A stretch of 32,000 nucleotides of DNA from Mycolicibacterium smegmatis (GTDB taxonomy: Bacteria; Actinomycetota; Actinomycetes; Mycobacteriales; Mycobacteriaceae): the NCBI RefSeq assembly GCF_001457595.1, contig NZ_LN831039.1, positions 5,730,001 to 5,762,000 on the forward strand. Direction: 5' to 3'. The position numbers and the translations under genes were made by a program. This document shows, piece after piece, positions 27,918 to 32,000 of this stretch (within the stretch, counting starts at the first letter, position 1; each line of letters starts with the position of its first letter). Under the pieces are notes generated by a model. That model did no database searches and was not told the DNA's origin. It was given only the letters and a program-made list of their open reading frames with translations.

Positions 27918-29273
27918 TCATCGGCGGCTCGCCGCCGGCGTACCGTCGAAAACCGCTGAGTCACGGCCGATCTCCTCGATTCTGATCGTGGCCGTCGCCT
28001 CATGGGCGGCCAGTCCCTCGAATGCCGAGATGCGCTCGACGGCGGGTGCCAGTGCGGCGGTCGCCTCACGGGCCGCGCGCTGATAGGTCAGCGGTTTGAC
28101 GAATCGCGAAACCGAGAGGCCTGCGTTGTAGCGGGCCGTCTTACCGGTCGGCAGCACGTGGTTGGTGCCCGCGATGCCCTTGTCGGAGTAGGCGACGGTG
28201 CTCCACCTGCCCAGGAACAGGGACCCGTAGTTGCGCAGCCGCTTGAGGAAGTAGTCGTCGTCGGCGGTCTGCACTTCGAGATGCTCGGGTCCGAGGACAT
28301 CGGCGATCGCCGCGGCCTGTTCGGCATCCGAGGCGACGAGCACCGACCCGAAATCGCGCCACGCAGGCCCGGCGACCTCGCGGGTCGCCAACGTCTCGAG
28401 CTGCCGGTCGATGGCCTCGATCACCCTGCGGCCCAACGTCTCCGACGTCGTGATCAGGGCGGCCGGCGAGTTCGGTCCGTGCTCGGCCTGACCCAGCAGG
28501 TCGGCGGCGACCCATTCCGGATCTGCCGTCTCGTCGGCGAGCACGGCGACTTCGGAGGGACCCGCGAGCAGGTCGATGCCGACCCGGCCGAACAGCTGAC
28601 GTTTGGCTTCGGTGACGAAGGCGTTCCCCGCGCCGACGAGCATGTCGACCGGCCCGTCACCGATGAGCCCGAATGCCATGGCGCCCAACGCCTGTACACC
28701 GCCGACGGCGAACACCGAATCGGCGCGCGACAGGTAGGCACCGTAGAGCACCGCGGGATGGGCACCGTGCTCACCCGACGGCGGTGTGCAGGCCAGCACC
28801 GTGGGCACGCCGGCTGCCTTGGCGACACCGACGGTCATGAACGCGCTGGCCAGAAGCGGGAAACGCCCGGCGGGCAGATAGGCCCCGACCCGGTTGACCG
28901 GTACGTACTGAACGCCGCCGGTCACCCCAGGCGCGAGTTCGATCTCGAAGTCGGTGAGCCGGGCACGTTGTGCCACCGCGAACCGGTTGGTGCGCTCGTA
29001 GCCGAGCTCCAGCGCCTCACGAAGATCGGCCGGGAGGGCGTCGCCGCTCTTGCGCAGTTCATCGGCGCCGATCTCGAGCGGGCCGGACCACCCGTCGAGC
29101 TCTCGGGCGTAGGCACGCACCGCGTCGAGGCCTCTGCGTTCGATGTCGAGCAGCATCTGCGACACGCGTTCGACGACCTTCGGGTCGCGCTGCGCAGGCG
29201 GGCCGTCGACTGCGGGTTTCTTCAGCCAGGTGAAAGGGCCGAGGGTGCGAGCTTCATCGGTCGTGATCTGCAT
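27918..29273 (-). CDS. Histidinol-dehydrogenase-family protein (HisD-like, catabolic paralogue)
   Basis: VPVNRVGAYLPAGRFPLLASAFMTVGVAKAAGVPTV, DLLAGPSEVAVLAD, GTNHVLPTGKTARY; not in a his operon. Confidence 0.88.
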   Translation of the reverse strand: MQITTDEARTLGPFTWLKKPAVDGPPAQRDPKVVERVSQMLLDIERRGLDAVRAYARELDGWSGPLEIGADELRKSGDALPADLREALELGYERTNRFAVAQRARLTDFEIELAPGVTGGVQYVPVNRVGAYLPAGRFPLLASAFMTVGVAKAAGVPTVLACTPPSGEHGAHPAVLYGAYLSRADSVFAVGGVQALGAMAFGLIGDGPVDMLVGAGNAFVTEAKRQLFGRVGIDLLAGPSEVAVLADETADPEWVAADLLGQAEHGPNSPAALITTSETLGRRVIEAIDRQLETLATREVAGPAWRDFGSVLVASDAEQAAAIADVLGPEHLEVQTADDDYFLKRLRNYGSLFLGRWSTVAYSDKGIAGTNHVLPTGKTARYNAGLSVSRFVKPLTYQRAAREATAALAPAVERISAFEGLAAHEATATIRIEEIGRDSAVFDGTPAASRR

Positions 29274-29357
29274 GCCGGCGACGGTAGGCCGAAATCAGAC
29301 AAAGGACTAGATGGGCAACTCCTGCACAAACCAAAGGACAACCCTGTATGTGCTGGT

Positions 29358-30314
29358 TCAGCGCCCCCGACGCGCGATCAGCGGCGCAACTTCGTCGGGG
29401 CCGGACAGCGCCGATGGGATGTGCAACTCGCGAATCGTGTCCTCGGCGAGGCGTGCGAACTCACGGGTGGCGTTGGACAGCGGGCGAGCGCGATGCTGCG
29501 CGAGGGCGATCACGTCGTACAACGGCTCGGCGAACGGTGCGGTGTGCAGGGCGGCCGGGAACGCATCGCTGTCGATCACGGCGCCGCTGGCGATGGTGTC
29601 GCCCACCTTGCCCGCGGCCAGTTTCAGCGCGGCCTCGACGTGTTCGATCTCGATCATCGGCTCCAAGCGCAGACCGGCCAGTTGTGCACGCTCCGCCAGT
29701 TGCCTGCGGGTCGGATCCTTCCACCCGTAATGGGCGTCGTAGAGCACCAGGTCGGCCTCGGAGAACTGTTGTATGGTAACGGGTTCCGCGGCGCGCGCCG
29801 GATCCGCCGTCACGTAGAAGACCTCGTCGCGCAGCAGGGGGCGAACCGTCAGATCCTCGTCGTCGATCGGTAGGATGAGCATCCCCGCTTCGATCTCGCC
29901 GGCCTGTATCGCCGCGGCGGTCTCGGCGGAGTTCTGCCCGACCAACCGCACCCGTACCGCGGGATAGCGCATGTGAAAGGTCTGGACCAGGCTGGACAGC
30001 AGGTAGTAGTCCGCGTTGCGGGGCATACCGAAGGTTGCGGTTCCGCCACCGAGCGAGCCGAGTGAGCGGACCGCGTGCACGCCGCCGTCGGCCGCGTGCA
30101 CGGCCTGCTCCGCATACGGCAACAACTCCTGACCCGCGGCGGTGAGCGCGAGCCTGCGGCTGCCGCGGACGAACAACTGGGCGTCGAGCTCTTCTTCGAG
30201 ACGACGCACCAGTTCGGAGACCGACGCCTGGGCGACGGCCAGCGCATCGGCGGCAGCGGTGAACGAGCCAAGGCGGTGCGCTTCGACGAAAGCCCGAAGT
30301 TGATTGAGCGTCAT
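29358..30314 (-). CDS. LysR-family transcriptional regulator
   Basis: MTLNQLRAFVEAHRLGSFTAAADALAVAQASVSELVRRLEEELDAQLFVRGSRRLALTAAGQELL; start ATG 30314. The track ORF to 31487 reads antisense through the epoxide hydrolase. Confidence 0.93.
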   Translation of the reverse strand: MTLNQLRAFVEAHRLGSFTAAADALAVAQASVSELVRRLEEELDAQLFVRGSRRLALTAAGQELLPYAEQAVHAADGGVHAVRSLGSLGGGTATFGMPRNADYYLLSSLVQTFHMRYPAVRVRLVGQNSAETAAAIQAGEIEAGMLILPIDDEDLTVRPLLRDEVFYVTADPARAAEPVTIQQFSEADLVLYDAHYGWKDPTRRQLAERAQLAGLRLEPMIEIEHVEAALKLAAGKVGDTIASGAVIDSDAFPAALHTAPFAEPLYDVIALAQHRARPLSNATREFARLAEDTIRELHIPSALSGPDEVAPLIARRGR

Positions 30315-30332
30315 ACCGTGCAGTATTGACCC

Positions 30333-31445
30333 ATGACCGACTCGTTGATCCGCCCGTTCCGCATCGCCGTACCCGACGCCGATCTCGACGACCTCAAGAG
30401 CCGCCTGTCCCGCACCCGCTGGCCCGAGCCGGAAACCGTCGACGACTGGGGTCAGGGCATACCGCTGGACTACACCCGCGAGCTCGCCGAGTACTGGGCG
30501 AACGGCTACGACTGGCGCGCCCGCGAACAGGCGCTGAACCGCTTCGACCACTACGTCACCGAACTCGACGGGCTCGACATCCACTTCATCCACCAGCGCT
30601 GCGCACGCCCCGACGCGTTTCCCCTGCTGCTCACCCACGGCTGGCCCGGATCGATCGTCGAATTCCACAAGGTGATCGAACCGCTCACCGAGGCCGGGTT
30701 CGACGTGGTCTGCCCGTCGCTGCCCGGCTACGGCTTCTCCGGCAAGCCCACGACGACCGGGTGGGGCATCGGCAGGATCGCCCAGGCGTGGGACACCCTC
30801 ATGACCCGGCTGGGCTATGACCGCTACGGCGCGCAGGGCGGCGACTGGGGCGCGGCCGTCACGACGCAGATCGGCCGCAACGTGGGCAATTGTGTTGGCA
30901 TTCATGTGAACATGCCGATCGCGCGGCCACCCGCCGAAGGCGTCGGTGAGATGACCGAGGAGGTGCGACAGGCGCTGGAACGGATGCAGTACTACCGCAA
31001 ATGGGATTCCGGCTACATGAAGCAGCAGTCGACGCGGCCGCAGACCGTGGGCTACGGCCTGGTCGACTCGCCCGTGGGGCAGCTGGCTTGGATCGTCGAG
31101 AAGTTCTGGTCGTGGATGGACTGCGACGGCCACCCCGAGAACGTGCTGAGCCGCGACGAACTGCTCGACAACGTGATGCTGTACTGGGTCACCGCGTCGG
31201 CGGCGTCCTCGGCGCGGCTGTACTGGGAGAGTTACGACACCTTCGCAGGTGGCGACTTCGTGACGCTGCCCACCGGCGTGGCGTCGTTCCCCAAGGAGAT
31301 CCTGCGCGCGCCGCGGGCCTGGTGCGAAAAGGCGTACAACGTCACGCATTTCACGATGATGCCGCGCGGTGGGCACTTCGCGGCGTTCGAGCAGCCCGAG
31401 CTTTTCGTCGAGGATGTCGCGAAATTCTTCGACAGCGTGCGCTGA
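30333..31445 (+). CDS. Epoxide hydrolase (alpha/beta hydrolase with EHN domain)
   Basis: RPFRIAVPDADLDDLKSRLSRTRWPEPE, LLTHGWPGSIVEFHKVI, QGGDWGAAVTTQIG, C-terminal GGHFAAFEQPELFVEDV. Confidence 0.92.
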   Translation: MTDSLIRPFRIAVPDADLDDLKSRLSRTRWPEPETVDDWGQGIPLDYTRELAEYWANGYDWRAREQALNRFDHYVTELDGLDIHFIHQRCARPDAFPLLLTHGWPGSIVEFHKVIEPLTEAGFDVVCPSLPGYGFSGKPTTTGWGIGRIAQAWDTLMTRLGYDRYGAQGGDWGAAVTTQIGRNVGNCVGIHVNMPIARPPAEGVGEMTEEVRQALERMQYYRKWDSGYMKQQSTRPQTVGYGLVDSPVGQLAWIVEKFWSWMDCDGHPENVLSRDELLDNVMLYWVTASAASSARLYWESYDTFAGGDFVTLPTGVASFPKEILRAPRAWCEKAYNVTHFTMMPRGGHFAAFEQPELFVEDVAKFFDSVR

Positions 31446-31457
31446 GCTTTTCTTTCG

Positions 31458-31515
31458 CGAGCAGACGTAAAACTGCCTATTTTGCAAGGAAATTGGGCAG
31501 TTTTGCGTCTGCTCG
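31458..31515. terminator. Bidirectional hairpin between convergent genes
   Basis: CGAGCAGACGTAAAACTGCC (31458-31477) pairs with GGCAGTTTTGCGTCTGCTCG (31496-31515); 20-bp arms with one G:U-type position. Confidence 0.75.
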
Positions 31516-31526
31516 GCAGAAGAAAA

Positions 31527-32000
31527 TCAGGCCAGCGAGTCGACCCAGGCACGGTGCAGCGCCGCGTAGGCACCGTCGGTGCGGCCGATCAGATCGGCGG
31601 GTGAGCCGTCCTCGATGATGCGGCCGTGTTCGAGCACGAGCACCCGGTCGGCGATCTGCACGGTCGACAACCGGTGGGCGATGACCAGTGCGGTGCGGTC
31701 GGCGAGCACCGTCTCCAGTGCACGTTGCACCATGCGCTCGCTGGGGATGTCGAGCGAGGACGTGGCCTCGTCGAGGATCAGCACCGCCGGGTCGGCGAGG
31801 AACGCCCGCGCGAACGCGATCAGTTGGCGCTGCCCCGCCGACAGGCGTCCGCCGCGCTTGGCGACGTCGGTGCCGTAACCCTCGGGCAGCGTCGCGATGA
31901 ACCGGTCGGCGCCGACGGCCTCGGCCGCCGCGCGCACCTGCGCATCGGTGGCGTCGGGCCTGCCGAAGCGGATGTTGTCGGCGACGGTGCCCTCGAACAT
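31527..32000 (-). CDS. ABC exporter ATPase C-terminal part (5' end of gene lies beyond the window)
   Basis: [89 protein letters not shown]. Confidence 0.92.
   Translation of the reverse strand: MFEGTVADNIRFGRPDATDAQVRAAAEAVGADRFIATLPEGYGTDVAKRGGRLSAGQRQLIAFARAFLADPAVLILDEATSSLDIPSERMVQRALETVLADRTALVIAHRLSTVQIADRVLVLEHGRIIEDGSPADLIGRTDGAYAALHRAWVDSLA

Noticed and set aside
28002-29873. 623-aa + strand ORF antisense to hisD-like and LysR genes
   Set aside because: Composition-driven open frame, no recognisable domain, overlaps two strong genes.
30318-31487. Upstream extension of the LysR ORF (709-aa track ORF)
   Set aside because: Antisense to the epoxide hydrolase; a typical LysR N-terminus (MTLNQLRAFVEA) begins at 30314.
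1-32000. Search for CRISPR arrays, tRNA/rRNA genes, IS elements and prophage
   Set aside because: No regularly spaced repeats, cloverleaf-like clusters, transposase/integrase motifs or phage structural proteins were recognised by eye; tRNAscan-SE, minced and ISEScan would be needed to confirm.

Overview
This is a high-GC actinobacterial chromosome segment, very probably Mycolicibacterium (M. smegmatis-like), inferred from gene content and order. Positions ~2.0-13.5 kb match the M. tuberculosis block Rv0904c(accD3)-Rv0905(echA6)-Rv0906-Rv0907-Rv0908(ctpE)-Rv0909-Rv0910, with a glycosyltransferase plus glycogen-debranching-type pair inserted between echA6 and accD3. The rest encodes a YhgE/Pip-type membrane protein with a degenerate ABC-like ATPase, two AMP-forming acyl-CoA ligases with a LuxR-type regulator, lipoprotein hydrolases, two LysR regulators, a HisD-like/carbon-nitrogen hydrolase/NCS1 permease operon, an epoxide hydrolase and a partial ABC exporter. 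The most interesting non-coding signals are: (1) a clear M-box (ykoK) Mg2+ riboswitch at 17401-17568, followed by small ORFs and a ~35-aa stub matching the C-terminus of MgtA/MgtB P-type Mg2+ ATPases, then a perfect 17-bp hairpin, which looks like a decayed or remodelled Mg2+-responsive locus; (2) two 56-bp palindromes, differing at one base, that tightly flank a single AbiEi/DUF559-like PD-(D/E)XK-type gene and supply its stop codon; (3) a CIRCE-like HrcA operator (TTAGCACTC-N9-GAGTGCCAA) upstream of the inserted glycosyltransferase/debranching operon. No CRISPR array, rRNA, tRNA or recognisable transposase was found.
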